Source: Eubacteriales bacterium (GTDB lineage Bacteria; Bacillota; Clostridia; Oscillospirales; CAG-272). From it: DNA of 64,000 nucleotides. Each line of letters begins with the position of its first letter. Position 1 is the first letter of the stretch. Location: contig JAZONS010000005.1 in the NCBI GenBank assembly GCA_045654585.1, forward strand, positions 42,399-106,398, given 5' to 3'. Below are positions 1-9,125 of the stretch, piece after piece. The notes beneath the pieces were generated by a model. The model saw only the letters and a list, made by a program, of their open reading frames with translations. It was not told the DNA's origin and searched no databases. Position numbers and translations under genes: made by a program.

Positions 1-632
1 TCGAAGAGCTTATAAATATCCATATAGGTTCTGCCTGCTCGCATACCGCCACGGCGCCATTTTGGCATTGAGAAATAAGTTCCCGTGGTCTTGGCAACGT
101 AAACGTCGGTTTTTAGCCACTTAAGGAAGCTATATGTCGCAACCGGAGTCGGAGTAGGAGTTCCGGCGTCGGACATAAGTCCCGCAGGGTAAATAACGAG
201 AATTCTGCCGTCCTCTATTGCGGTCTTCATTTTATGAATATCCTTAAGCGAGGTCTGGAACTGCTGCTTCGGAATCATACCGAGCCTTGAAACGATAGGC
301 TTGCAGGGAAGAGTATTATAGAATGAATTGCTGATAACAAAGGTGAGAGGACGCCTTGTCGCTCCGATGAGATTGACAAAGTCGAGCGCCGCCTCGTGAT
401 TTGCGATTATAACAAATGGATCTTTTTTATTCTTTATCTCATTTCTGAGAAGCTTTCTTTTGAACGTGAAAAATGAAACAACTATAGCAAGAAAACGGAT
501 AAAATAATAAACGAGTTTGTTTTGCTTTACCCTATATTCTTTCGGGTCGTGATGGTGTGCGCTTTGCTGTTCGCTTTTATTCTGTTCGGCGCATTTTTTA
601 TTCATATTAAGTTCTTTATTTTCGTGAGTCAT
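1..632 (-). CDS. Lysophospholipid (PlsC-family) acyltransferase; C-terminus cut by window edge
   Basis: Not in the ORF track because it is open to position 1. My own translation from ATG 632 (GGAGA 6-7 nt upstream) reads MTHENKELNMNKK...FVIIANHEAALDFVNLIG...RILVIYPAGLMSD. It has the HX4D (HEAALD) and PAG acyltransferase blocks and an N-terminal TM segment. Confidence 0.6.
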   Translation of the reverse strand, partial: MTHENKELNMNKKCAEQNKSEQQSAHHHDPKEYRVKQNKLVYYFIRFLAIVVSFFTFKRKLLRNEIKNKKDPFVIIANHEAALDFVNLIGATRRPLTFVISNSFYNTLPCKPIVSRLGMIPKQQFQTSLKDIHKMKTAIEDGRILVIYPAGLMSDAGTPTPTPVATYSFLKWLKTDVYVAKTTGTYFSMPKWRRGGMRAGRTYMDIYKLF

Positions 633-786
633 ACGCTTTCTCCAAATAAAAGATATTTGTGTGTTATATAGGATTATAGCACAAATGGCAACAAAAATCA
701 ACGTTTGTTCATTATTTTGATAAAATTAGATAACAATTTGATAATAAAAACAAAATGAGTTGTCCTCTTTGTATATCAATACGCTG

Positions 787-864
787 AAAAGAAAAAGTTG
801 AGCCAATTAAAACGGGGTGTAATAAAACAGCTGGTTTTACAACTGTTTTTCGTTTTGGCTCAAC
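787..864 (-). terminator. Compound intrinsic terminator after the ThrE-type pair
   Basis: GTTGAGCCAA (797-806) pairs with TTGGCTCAAC (855-864). An inner AAAACAG/CTGTTTT hairpin lies inside. A T-run follows on the minus strand (rc of 787-796). Confidence 0.5.
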
Positions 865-879
865 CTTTATAAATACAAA

Positions 880-1356
880 TTAACTTTTGTTTTGAGATGC
901 TTTGTTTTTTTGTTTTGATAGACGGTCTGCAATGATACCGAAAAGAATCGAAACGGTAACTATACCGCCCGCAATACCGCTTCCGACCTCGAGGGTTGCA
1001 GCAAAGTTGTCTATAGCTCCGTCAATATTTTTGAGGAGCAGATCTCGCATACCGCGATATAGGCTTCCGCCGGGAACGGTCGGTACTATTCCCGGAAGCA
1101 CGAAGACTATAGTCGGTGCGCGCTTTAGTCTTGCAAAAAACTCGGCGTAAAGAGCCGTTACCATAGATGAGATAAATCCTGCGGCGAACGGTGATCCGAA
1201 GAAGAAGAGAACCGTATAATATACCGCAAAGGTAAGAGTACCGCATATACCGACGTTGATAAGGTGGCGTCTGTTTATTCTGAAGATTATTGCAAATGCT
1301 ACCGACGTTATAAACGAGGTCACGATCTGAATAAGAAAATCCCAAGTAAAGAACAT
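880..1356 (-). CDS. Threonine/serine exporter family protein, small subunit (ThrE C-terminal-like, DUF3815-type)
   Basis: ORF track 880..1425. Likely start is MFFTWDFLIQ at 1356, which overlaps the upstream stop as TGATG. Polytopic membrane protein paired with a DUF1212-type partner. Confidence 0.6.
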   Translation of the reverse strand: MFFTWDFLIQIVTSFITSVAFAIIFRINRRHLINVGICGTLTFAVYYTVLFFFGSPFAAGFISSMVTALYAEFFARLKRAPTIVFVLPGIVPTVPGGSLYRGMRDLLLKNIDGAIDNFAATLEVGSGIAGGIVTVSILFGIIADRLSKQKNKASQNKS

Positions 1357-2144
1357 CAGACTGCACCTCCGAGAACCGCAGAGCCGAGCATATATCCAAA
1401 CGCGATCATAAGAGCGCCAAGGCACGCCTGCAGTGTTTTAAGTGAGCCCGCGAGAAGGTCACCGCATAGAAGATCACGCAGAGCGGTACCGAATGCGAGT
1501 CCGGGGACGAGTATCATTATTGAGCCTATTATTATAAAATCGGGATTGCTGTTTATACCTATCCTCATGGAAAGACCTGCTATCACCGTCGCTAAAAACG
1601 ATGAGATAACTGTCTTTGCCATAGTATTAAGCTTTGCCGGCGAATATATATCAACAAAGCAGATTATAGCTCCGATAAACATAGCGATAAGAGCATCGAA
1701 AACGTTTCCGCCGAAGAAGAGCGCAAATCCGCCGACGGCGGCAGAGGATGCGGCAATTCTGACGTATATCGGATATGGGGGTGTTTTCTTCATCTCGTGT
1801 ATCTTGCGGTCGAACTCTTCAAGAGCGGGAGTTGTTTTGCATATTTCTCTCGATAAAGCGTTTAACCTCTCTAGCGTGTTAAGATTTGTACCCGTGCTTT
1901 TGATTCTCCGAAGCTGAGAGGAGTAAGAGCCGTCGGGCATTCTGACAGCGGCACTTATAAATGAAATGATAGAGAATACCTCAATGTGCGCAGCGCCGTA
2001 AGCCTTGCATATTCTCTCAATGGTATCTTCAACTCGGCTGATCTCACCGCCGTTTTTAAGCATACCCTCACCAACGTCAAGCGCGAGGCAGAGCAGGTAT
2101 TCGGCGTAGATATCGGTATCAGCGGTTCTTGGTCTGATTTCCAA
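1356..2144 (-). CDS. Threonine/serine exporter family protein (ThrE/YjjP-like, DUF1212-type)
   Basis: ORF track, 262 aa. Soluble N-terminal part followed by 5 TM segments. The translationally coupled small partner downstream is the typical ThrE split arrangement. Confidence 0.65.
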   Translation of the reverse strand: MEIRPRTADTDIYAEYLLCLALDVGEGMLKNGGEISRVEDTIERICKAYGAAHIEVFSIISFISAAVRMPDGSYSSQLRRIKSTGTNLNTLERLNALSREICKTTPALEEFDRKIHEMKKTPPYPIYVRIAASSAAVGGFALFFGGNVFDALIAMFIGAIICFVDIYSPAKLNTMAKTVISSFLATVIAGLSMRIGINSNPDFIIIGSIMILVPGLAFGTALRDLLCGDLLAGSLKTLQACLGALMIAFGYMLGSAVLGGAV

Positions 2145-2289
2145 TTTATATCTCCTGTTTTTTGAATGATGTTATATCTTGCAATTCTGTATTATATCAC
2201 AAGACCCGCTTTCAGTCAATACTGAAAAAAACAAAAAATTAAGTATAAAAATCAAATGTAAAAATGAAAAAACGAAAAGAGACCTTTTT

Positions 2290-2329
2290 ATAAAAAGAGC
2301 CGCCGCGAGCTGCGAAAACTCGTGGCGGC
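2290..2329 (-). terminator. Intrinsic terminator after mscS-like gene
   Basis: GCCGCCGCGAG (2299-2309) pairs with CTCGTGGCGGC (2319-2329). A T-run follows on the minus strand. Confidence 0.6.
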
Positions 2330-2372
2330 ATATACTTTTCTTGGATAAGTGCTAAAAACTGCTGTTTTCGGA

Positions 2373-3230
2373 TCAGTCCTGCTTAACGTGTACGTCGAGC
2401 TGATTGAAGGGAATTTCAATTCCGTTCTTGTCAAACTCTGCCTTAACAGCCTCGATCACGTCGAAATTAACCGTCCAATAGTCTGCGCTCTTAACCCAGG
2501 CGCGCGCAGTGATATCAATACTGCTCGCACCGTGCGCGCTCATTCTTATCATAGGAGCGGGATCGTCGAGCGTGAGCTCGTGAGAGGTGAGAATGTTCGT
2601 CACAATTTCTTTAGCCTTTTCGAAATCGCTCGTATAACCGATAGAGAAGGTGAAATCAACTCTTCTCGTATCCTTCTCGGAATAATTGGTTATGTTTCCG
2701 TTTGCAAGAGCGCCGTTAGGAACGTATACCACCTTGTTATCGGGAGTACGGAGCTTTGTGCATACCATGTGGATATCTTCAACCGTACCGCTGATACCCT
2801 GAGCCTCGATGAAGTCGTCGATCTTGAAGGGGCGAGTTACGATAATAAGCACACCGCCTGCAACGTTGGAAAGAGCTCCGTTGACGGCAAGACCTATACA
2901 AACACCGAAGGATGCTACAAGTGCGGTAAGACCACTCGTGTCGATACCGAGATAACCGATAAGGCAAATTGCGATAACTACCTTCATACCTATATTGAAA
3001 ATATAAGCGAGGGTTTTCATTACGGTCTTATCAAGCTTGTTGCTGTCTCCTTTTTTAGCGATCTTTCTCGAGATGAGCGTAATTATGCGGAAGCTCACCA
3101 GAAGAAGTACTAAAGCAATAAGAACCCTGATTCCCGTATTAAGACACCAGGAAACTGCGGTGTCGATAATTTTACTGACAATGCTTTGAGACTCTGAGGT
3201 CGTTGATTCTGCGTTAAGTAAAAAATTCAT
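2373..3230 (-). CDS. Small-conductance mechanosensitive channel (MscS family)
   Basis: ORF track 2373..3269. Start moved to MNFLLNAE at 3230, preceded by AAGGAGG. Three N-terminal TM segments plus the MscS beta-domain block GISGTVEDIHMVCTKLRTPDNKVVYVPNGALANGNITNYS. Confidence 0.8.
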   Translation of the reverse strand: MNFLLNAESTTSESQSIVSKIIDTAVSWCLNTGIRVLIALVLLLVSFRIITLISRKIAKKGDSNKLDKTVMKTLAYIFNIGMKVVIAICLIGYLGIDTSGLTALVASFGVCIGLAVNGALSNVAGGVLIIVTRPFKIDDFIEAQGISGTVEDIHMVCTKLRTPDNKVVYVPNGALANGNITNYSEKDTRRVDFTFSIGYTSDFEKAKEIVTNILTSHELTLDDPAPMIRMSAHGASSIDITARAWVKSADYWTVNFDVIEAVKAEFDKNGIEIPFNQLDVHVKQD

Positions 3231-3363
3231 TTTTGTACCTCCTTTTTTATGATGAGATAATTTTATCACTACTTTAAGTATATGTCAAGACAAATAAAAA
3301 TGAAAATGTAAGAAACCGGACAAAAGGTAAAAACATTTAAAGCTTTAAAGAGGACTTTTGCAT

Positions 3364-3396
3364 ATAAAAAAGGACCGCGCAGAAGGCTGCGCGGTC
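3364..3396 (-). terminator. Intrinsic terminator closing the O2/ROS cluster
   Basis: GACCGCGCAG-AAGG-CTGCGCGGTC (3373-3396) followed by a T-run on the minus strand. Confidence 0.65.
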
Positions 3397-3417
3397 AAGG
3401 ATATAAATATTGCTTGA

Positions 3418-3576
3418 TTATTCCTCGCTGAAGTTTTCCTTGCCGACTCCGCAAAGAGGGCATACGAAATCCTCGGGGAGGTCCTCGAACTTGGTGCCGG
3501 GAGCTATGCCAACTTCAGCATCGCCGAGCTCTTCGTCATAAGTCCATCCGCAAACATCGCAAACATATTTTTTCAT
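3418..3576 (-). CDS. Rubredoxin
   Basis: Below the ORF-track size cut-off. My own translation is [52 protein letters not shown] (52 aa), with two CxxC knuckles and the canonical rubredoxin consensus. Confidence 0.9.
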   Translation of the reverse strand: MKKYVCDVCGWTYDEELGDAEVGIAPGTKFEDLPEDFVCPLCGVGKENFSEE

Positions 3577-3619
3577 ATCAAAAATTCCTTTATTTATAAC
3601 AATTATTTACAATTTGTGA

Positions 3620-4132
3620 TTAAAGAACGAGTGAAGGAGCTGTATAAACTCTTCCTGCGAGCTCCTGGTTGAGCATATAAAGGCTCTTGGGATCGGAGCC
3701 GAAAAGCTCCATTTTCGATATCATATCGTTAGCGTTCGTTTCCTCTTCGCCCTGCTCCTTGACGAACCAGTCGAGGAACTGCATGGTTCTGAAATCTCTT
3801 ACGTCGTACGCCGCACCGTAGATATCATTGATAAGAGAGGTTACGTACTGCTCGTGCTCAAGACCCGCGAGGAGAACGTCCATATGAGAGGTGAAGGTCT
3901 TATCGGGCTTTGCGATAGCCTCGAGAGTTACGGGCATATTCTCGTTCTGAAGGTAGGTATAGAAGAGCATTGCGTGATCTCTCTCCTCTTGCGCCTGGAT
4001 CATATACCAGTTAGCGAAGCCGTCAAGTCCCTTTGCCTTGAAGTAGTTTGAAAAATCGAGATAAAGATAAGCCGAATAGAATTCCTTGTTTATCTGCTGG
4101 TTGAGCAGCTCGTGTACTTTAGCGTTTAACAT
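3620..4132 (-). CDS. Non-haem ferritin (Ftn type)
   Basis: ORF track, 170 aa. LNQQINKEFYSAYLYL...QAQEERDHAM ferroxidase-centre pattern. Confidence 0.85.
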   Translation of the reverse strand: MLNAKVHELLNQQINKEFYSAYLYLDFSNYFKAKGLDGFANWYMIQAQEERDHAMLFYTYLQNENMPVTLEAIAKPDKTFTSHMDVLLAGLEHEQYVTSLINDIYGAAYDVRDFRTMQFLDWFVKEQGEEETNANDMISKMELFGSDPKSLYMLNQELAGRVYTAPSLVL

Positions 4133-4164
4133 TCTTGTTCTCCTTATTTTTAGACTTTTTATAA

Positions 4165-4548
4165 TTAAAGCTCAGCCTTCCAGAGTCCGTGAAGGTTGCA
4201 ATATGCGTAAACAGCCTTAGTCTCTTCGCCTTCCGCGAGAGCGAATATTACCTCAGGTGCGCTACCGGGAGTAAGAGCCTTTCGCTGACCGCCAAGGTTT
4301 GTTTCAAGGTATACCCAGGTGATGCTGTGCTCCTCTGTCATGGGGTGAAGAACAGAGCCGACAATCACCTTAACAGTATTGCCGTTTACCTCTGCTACGG
4401 GGATGTGCTTTTCACGGCTTGCCTCAACCGTGCCTGCCTCAAGCGCTGTCATTTTCTGACCGCAGCAAACGAGCGGAACGCCCGATGGGTTTATCACTTC
4501 TACGATATTTCCGCATTTTTCGCAAATATAAAATCTGGTGTCTTTCAT
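4165..4548 (-). CDS. Desulfoferrodoxin (2Fe superoxide reductase)
   Basis: ORF track, 127 aa. N-terminal desulforedoxin CxxC...CC (CEKCGN...VCCG). C-terminal SOR centre with H/H/C/H residues (EKHIPV, HPMTEEH, YCNLHG). Confidence 0.85.
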   Translation of the reverse strand: MKDTRFYICEKCGNIVEVINPSGVPLVCCGQKMTALEAGTVEASREKHIPVAEVNGNTVKVIVGSVLHPMTEEHSITWVYLETNLGGQRKALTPGSAPEVIFALAEGEETKAVYAYCNLHGLWKAEL

Positions 4549-4591
4549 TTTGATTTTCTCCTTTGTGTGGTGTTTTATTTATCCTTTAGAA

Positions 4592-6382
4592 TTATTTAAT
4601 TTCTTCAAAATCCGAAGCGCCGTGCTTGCAGAGCGGGCAGATGAAGTCCTCGGGGAGCTCATCTCCCTCGTAAACGTATCCGCATATCTTGCAGACGTAG
4701 CCCTTCTTGCCGTCGGTTTTTGGCTTTGGTTTAACGTTGTTCTGATAGTATGTGTATGTCATCGTTTCCTTATCCGAGAGAACTCTTGCTTCGGTTATCG
4801 AGCAGATAAACATACCGTGCGTGTCAAGATCGATATATTGCTCAACCTTGAGAGATATGAAGGAGTTTATATATCTCGGGAGGAAAACGAGTCCGTTGTC
4901 CGAGCGGTTAGGCTCGCAGTTTTTGAATTTATCCACGTTACGTCCTGAAACGAAACCGAATGCCTCGAATACCTTGAAGGGCGCTTCGGTCGTCAAGCAG
5001 TTGAGGTTCATAATACCCGTCTGCTTTATCACGTGGTGAGAGTAGTTTTCCTTATTTATCGTAACGGCAATTCTGTTCGGCGAGTTTGTCACCTGAGATA
5101 CGCTATTGAGGATAAGTCCGTTATCCCTCTTACCGTCGTTTGAGGTAACTACGTAGAGTCCGTAGCCGATATTGAAGAGAGCCGTCATATCATTCTTGTC
5201 AGCAAGGCTGGCGTTCGTTGCTATATACTCTCTGCAAAGCTCGTCGGAGAGCTGCTCGAGCTGCGCGGCACTTTCTTCGTTCAGTGCCGAAAGAATTCTT
5301 ACCGTAGTGTCTGTGAAGGTTATATTTGCCGATCCGTCAAGCATACCGCGCATTACCTTTGCCGCCATAGGCGCCCAGCTTCCGTTCTCGATGAGAGCAA
5401 CGGTTCTGTTTCGGAATCCGCGCTCGGTGAGATGCTCAATAAAGCTTCTCATATGAGGGAAGATATCCGCATTGTAGGTAGTGGTAGCGAGAACGAGCTT
5501 CGAGTATTTGAACGCATCCGATACAGCTTCGGCTACGTCGCATCTTGCCAGGTCGTGAACTACTATCTTTGGGCAACCCTTCTTCTCGAGCTTTTCTATA
5601 AGAGAAGAAACCGCTTTTTTCGTATTTCCGTAAACCGAGGTGTAAGCAATTACTATACCCTCGCTCTCGGGCTGATAGCTTGACCAGGTGTTATAAAGAT
5701 CGAGATAATATCCGAGATTTTCGGTGAGCACAGGGCCGTGAAGGGGGCATATCTTCTCAATATTGAGAGTCGACGCCTTCTTTAAAAGATTCTGCACTTG
5801 CGCTCCGTATTTTCCTACGATACCGATATAATATCTTCTTGCCTCGTCTGCCCAGGGCTCGTCGGTATCTACAGCACCGAACTTTCCGAATCCGTCAGCG
5901 GAGAAGAGAACTTTATCGTAGCTGTCATAAGTGACTATAACCTCGGGCCAGTGAACCATAGGCGCTGTAAGGAATGTAAGAGTATGCTTACCGAGCGAGA
6001 GCGTCGAACCCTCACCGACGATTATCTGCTTATCCTCAAAGTCCGTGCCGAAGAAGTTTTTCATCATACCGAAAGCCTTTGCGGACGAAACGATCATTGC
6101 GTTTGGGAATGTCTTTATGAAGCTCGTGATGTTTGCCGAGTGATCGGGCTCCATATGCTGAACTATGAGATAATCGGGAGATCTCTTTCCGAGCGTGTTC
6201 TGAAGGTTGTCGAGCCACTCATGAGTAAATCCTGCGTCAACGCTATCCATAACCGCAATCTTTTCATCCATTATAACGTACGAGTTGTACGCCATACCGT
6301 TCGGTACCTTATACTGACCCTCGAAAAGGTCTATTTTTCTGTCATTGACACCGACGTATTTTATATCATTTGTAATAAACAT
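4592..6382 (-). CDS. Multidomain flavodiiron protein: MBL-like diiron + flavodoxin + flavin-reductase-like + rubredoxin
   Basis: ORF track, 596 aa. HMEPDH diiron motif; AYTSVYGNTKK flavodoxin block; LYVVTSNDGKRDNGLILNSVSQV split-barrel block; C-terminal YVCKICGYVYEG...FICPLCKHG rubredoxin. Confidence 0.85.
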   Translation of the reverse strand: MFITNDIKYVGVNDRKIDLFEGQYKVPNGMAYNSYVIMDEKIAVMDSVDAGFTHEWLDNLQNTLGKRSPDYLIVQHMEPDHSANITSFIKTFPNAMIVSSAKAFGMMKNFFGTDFEDKQIIVGEGSTLSLGKHTLTFLTAPMVHWPEVIVTYDSYDKVLFSADGFGKFGAVDTDEPWADEARRYYIGIVGKYGAQVQNLLKKASTLNIEKICPLHGPVLTENLGYYLDLYNTWSSYQPESEGIVIAYTSVYGNTKKAVSSLIEKLEKKGCPKIVVHDLARCDVAEAVSDAFKYSKLVLATTTYNADIFPHMRSFIEHLTERGFRNRTVALIENGSWAPMAAKVMRGMLDGSANITFTDTTVRILSALNEESAAQLEQLSDELCREYIATNASLADKNDMTALFNIGYGLYVVTSNDGKRDNGLILNSVSQVTNSPNRIAVTINKENYSHHVIKQTGIMNLNCLTTEAPFKVFEAFGFVSGRNVDKFKNCEPNRSDNGLVFLPRYINSFISLKVEQYIDLDTHGMFICSITEARVLSDKETMTYTYYQNNVKPKPKTDGKKGYVCKICGYVYEGDELPEDFICPLCKHGASDFEEIK

Positions 6383-6468
6383 TGAACTAACCTCTATTTT
6401 TATTATCCAAAACTATTTTAGCACTTTGATTTTTGAATTTCAAGATTATGAAATGAATAATTATTAAA

Positions 6469-7164
6469 TTACTCAAGGATTTTTCCGTCGGTGGAGATCG
6501 TGATGACCTGCCACGGAATAAACTTACCGCTCTGCATTAAGGCTCTTTTAACCGCATTTTCTATTCCGCCGCAGCAGGGGACTTCCATACGCACCACCTT
6601 AACGCTCTTTATATTATTATTCTTTATTATTGCCGTGAGCTTTTCAGCGTAATCACCCTCGTCGAGCTTCGGACAGCCTATGAGAGTTATGTGATTTCTC
6701 ATAAAGTCGTTATGGAAGCTTCCGTAAGCGTAGGCGGTGCAGTCTGCCGCGATAAGCAAATTTGCTCCGTCGAAGTACGGTGCGTTGGTGGGAACGAGCT
6801 TTATCTGGCAGGGCCATTGCATAAGCTGGCTTGAAGCACTGACCTTAGCTGAGGGCGAGTTGCTTTCTCTTTTGAACGCCTTTGATTGAGTGCCGGGGCA
6901 TCCGCAGGGAAGCTTCATTCCTTCTTTTTTTATTTTAGCTTGCTTAACGGCAACCTCGTCATATGCGGGAGCCTCTCGCTCCTCAAAGCTTATCGCGTTC
7001 GTCGGGCAAGCGGGTAGGCAATCTCCGAGCCCGTCGCAATAGTCCTCGCGGGTGAGCTTTGCTTTTCCGTTTATCATTTCAATAGCGCCCTCGTGGCACG
7101 CCGCAGCGCACGCGCCGCAGCCGTTGCATTTATCTTCTTCTATTTTAATAATCTTTCTTTTCAT
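6469..7164 (-). CDS. 4Fe-4S dicluster domain protein with Cys-rich C-terminal domain
   Basis: ORF track, 231 aa. CNGCGACAAACHEG and CDGLGDCLPACP ferredoxin motifs, plus further CGCPG and CCGG cysteines. Confidence 0.7.
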   Translation of the reverse strand: MKRKIIKIEEDKCNGCGACAAACHEGAIEMINGKAKLTREDYCDGLGDCLPACPTNAISFEEREAPAYDEVAVKQAKIKKEGMKLPCGCPGTQSKAFKRESNSPSAKVSASSQLMQWPCQIKLVPTNAPYFDGANLLIAADCTAYAYGSFHNDFMRNHITLIGCPKLDEGDYAEKLTAIIKNNNIKSVKVVRMEVPCCGGIENAVKRALMQSGKFIPWQVITISTDGKILE

Positions 7165-7177
7165 ATATTTCTCCTTT

Positions 7178-8212
7178 TCAGAAGCATTTTCCGCTTTTGC
7201 AGTCCTCTGTGTTACCGCGTCTGTAGCAAAGCTCGTTTGGGCACTCGCCCGACTCGAAGAATTCCGCTATATTTCCGACCGTCGTTTCCGCTATATTGGA
7301 GAGAGCCTCTTCTGTGAGAAACGCCTGGTGTGAGGTGACTATGACGTTGGGCATTGAAATAAGCCTTGCGAGCGTATCGTCTTCAAGTATGTGTCCCGAT
7401 TTGTCCTCGAAGAAGAAGTCCGACTCCTCCTCGTAAACGTCAAGGCAAGCCGCGCCGACCTTGCGAGATTTGATTCCGGAGAGCAGAGCCTCCGCGTCTA
7501 CGAGAGCGCCTCTTGAGGTGTTTAGGATAACTACTCCCTTTTTGCATTTTGCTAAAGAGTATTCGTCTATGAGATGGTAGGTTTCATCCGTGAGAGGGCA
7601 GTGAAGAGAAATAATGTCGCTTTTCTCGAAAAGCTCGTCGAGTCCGACGTATCTTATTCTGTCGCCGTCGGCAAGATTCGGAGCTTCAAATTTATCGTAA
7701 GCTAATACCTTCATTCCAAAGCCGCGGCAGATATCTATAAACGCTCTGCCTATTCTGCCCGTACCAACGACTCCTACGGTCTTTCCGTGGAGGTCGAATC
7801 CGGTCATTCCCGAAAGGCTGAAGTTGAAGTCGCGCGTTCTGATATACGCTTTGTGTATTCTTCGTATCGAGGTAAGCAAAAGCGCCATAGTATGTTCCGC
7901 TACGGCATAAGGTGAGTAAGCGGGAACTCTCAGCACGTGTATTTTACCGTGAGCGTGTTTCATATCCACGTTGTTGAATCCGGCGCATCTTAGCGCTACA
8001 ACTTTAACGCCGAGCTCTGCGAGTCTGTCTATAACCGTGGCATTGACCGTATCGTTTACGAATACGCAAACACCGTCGAATCCTGCCGCGAGCTCTACCG
8101 TATCCTCGTTGAGCTTAGTTTCATAATATTTAAACGTTACGCCCCTATCTGCACCGAATTTTTCAAAGGACGGCTTGTCATATGGCTTCGTATCAAAGAA
8201 TGCAATTTTCAT
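7178..8212 (-). CDS. D-isomer-specific 2-hydroxyacid (D-lactate-type) dehydrogenase
   Basis: ORF track, 344 aa. GVVGTGRIGRAF NAD fold, LNTSRGALVD, and TSHQAF catalytic His. The last ~22 aa form an extra Cys-rich tail. Confidence 0.8.
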   Translation of the reverse strand: MKIAFFDTKPYDKPSFEKFGADRGVTFKYYETKLNEDTVELAAGFDGVCVFVNDTVNATVIDRLAELGVKVVALRCAGFNNVDMKHAHGKIHVLRVPAYSPYAVAEHTMALLLTSIRRIHKAYIRTRDFNFSLSGMTGFDLHGKTVGVVGTGRIGRAFIDICRGFGMKVLAYDKFEAPNLADGDRIRYVGLDELFEKSDIISLHCPLTDETYHLIDEYSLAKCKKGVVILNTSRGALVDAEALLSGIKSRKVGAACLDVYEEESDFFFEDKSGHILEDDTLARLISMPNVIVTSHQAFLTEEALSNIAETTVGNIAEFFESGECPNELCYRRGNTEDCKSGKCF

Positions 8213-8300
8213 TTTTTTGTTTTTCTCCTTGCTTTTCTGATAACATTATAGTATAATAAAAGCGCGAAGTATGTTGAATTTTCAACAAAATGGAGAAAAA

Positions 8301-8963
8301 ATGAAAAAATATTTTGAAATTTTAGAAAAATGCCCACTTTTCTCGGGCATAGATATGAGTGATCTTTCAAAAATGCTCGGATGTCTTGGCGCGAGAGTTG
8401 AGAGCTTTGACAAAAAATATACTATATTCGCAGAGGGCAAGCCTGCAAAATATATAGGAATTGTGCTCTCCGGCTCGGCTCAGGTAATATCAAACGATTA
8501 TTACGGAAACAGGAGCATACTGTCGAGCGCTGATCCGTCCGACCTCATTGGTGAGTCATTTGCCTGCGCTGACGTAAACGCAATACCGGTATCGGTTATA
8601 GCAAACGAGCCCTGCGAGGTTATGTTTATCGAATGCAGAAGGATACTTCATTCCTGCTCTAATGCCTGCGGATTCCATGCTCAGATGATATTTAATCTCA
8701 TGAAGGACCTCGCGAAAAAGAATATAATGTTCCACGATAGGATAGAGATAACCTCGAAGCGCTCAACGAGAGAAAAGCTTCTTGCGTATCTTATGAGCCG
8801 TGCCAGAATAATGAACAGTTCAAGCTTCGATATCCCCTTTGACAGGCAGGAGCTTGCCGACTATCTTGAGGTGGACAGAAGCGGTCTTTCAGCTGAGATT
8901 GGAAAAATGAAAAAAGAGGGAATTATCGATTGCCGCAAAAATCATTTTGAGCTTTTGATATAA
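8301..8963 (+). CDS. Crp/Fnr family transcriptional regulator
   Basis: ORF track 8271..8963. Start moved to MKKYFEIL at 8301 (GGAGAAAAA upstream). cNMP-binding-like N-domain and C-terminal HTH RQELADYLEVDRSGLSAEIGKMKKEGII. Confidence 0.8.
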   Translation: MKKYFEILEKCPLFSGIDMSDLSKMLGCLGARVESFDKKYTIFAEGKPAKYIGIVLSGSAQVISNDYYGNRSILSSADPSDLIGESFACADVNAIPVSVIANEPCEVMFIECRRILHSCSNACGFHAQMIFNLMKDLAKKNIMFHDRIEITSKRSTREKLLAYLMSRARIMNSSSFDIPFDRQELADYLEVDRSGLSAEIGKMKKEGIIDCRKNHFELLI

Positions 8964-9125
8964 GTCAAAGATCCAGCTTCGCGGGCAAGTAAATAAAGAA
9001 GTATTGTAAAATATGATAAATAACATAATAAGAATACTTTAATAATGCATTGAACAACAAATTATTTATATTAAAAGAGCTATCCTTTACTTTTGTGTTT
9101 AGGATAGCTCTTCATTGTTATTTGA

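Noticed and set aside
8273-8286. Canonical FNR/CRP box.
   Set aside because: The half-sites TTGA/TCAA are separated by 4 nt (3 nt at 6433-6443) instead of the 6 nt of TTGAT-N4-ATCAA. It is kept only as a candidate operator of unknown specificity.
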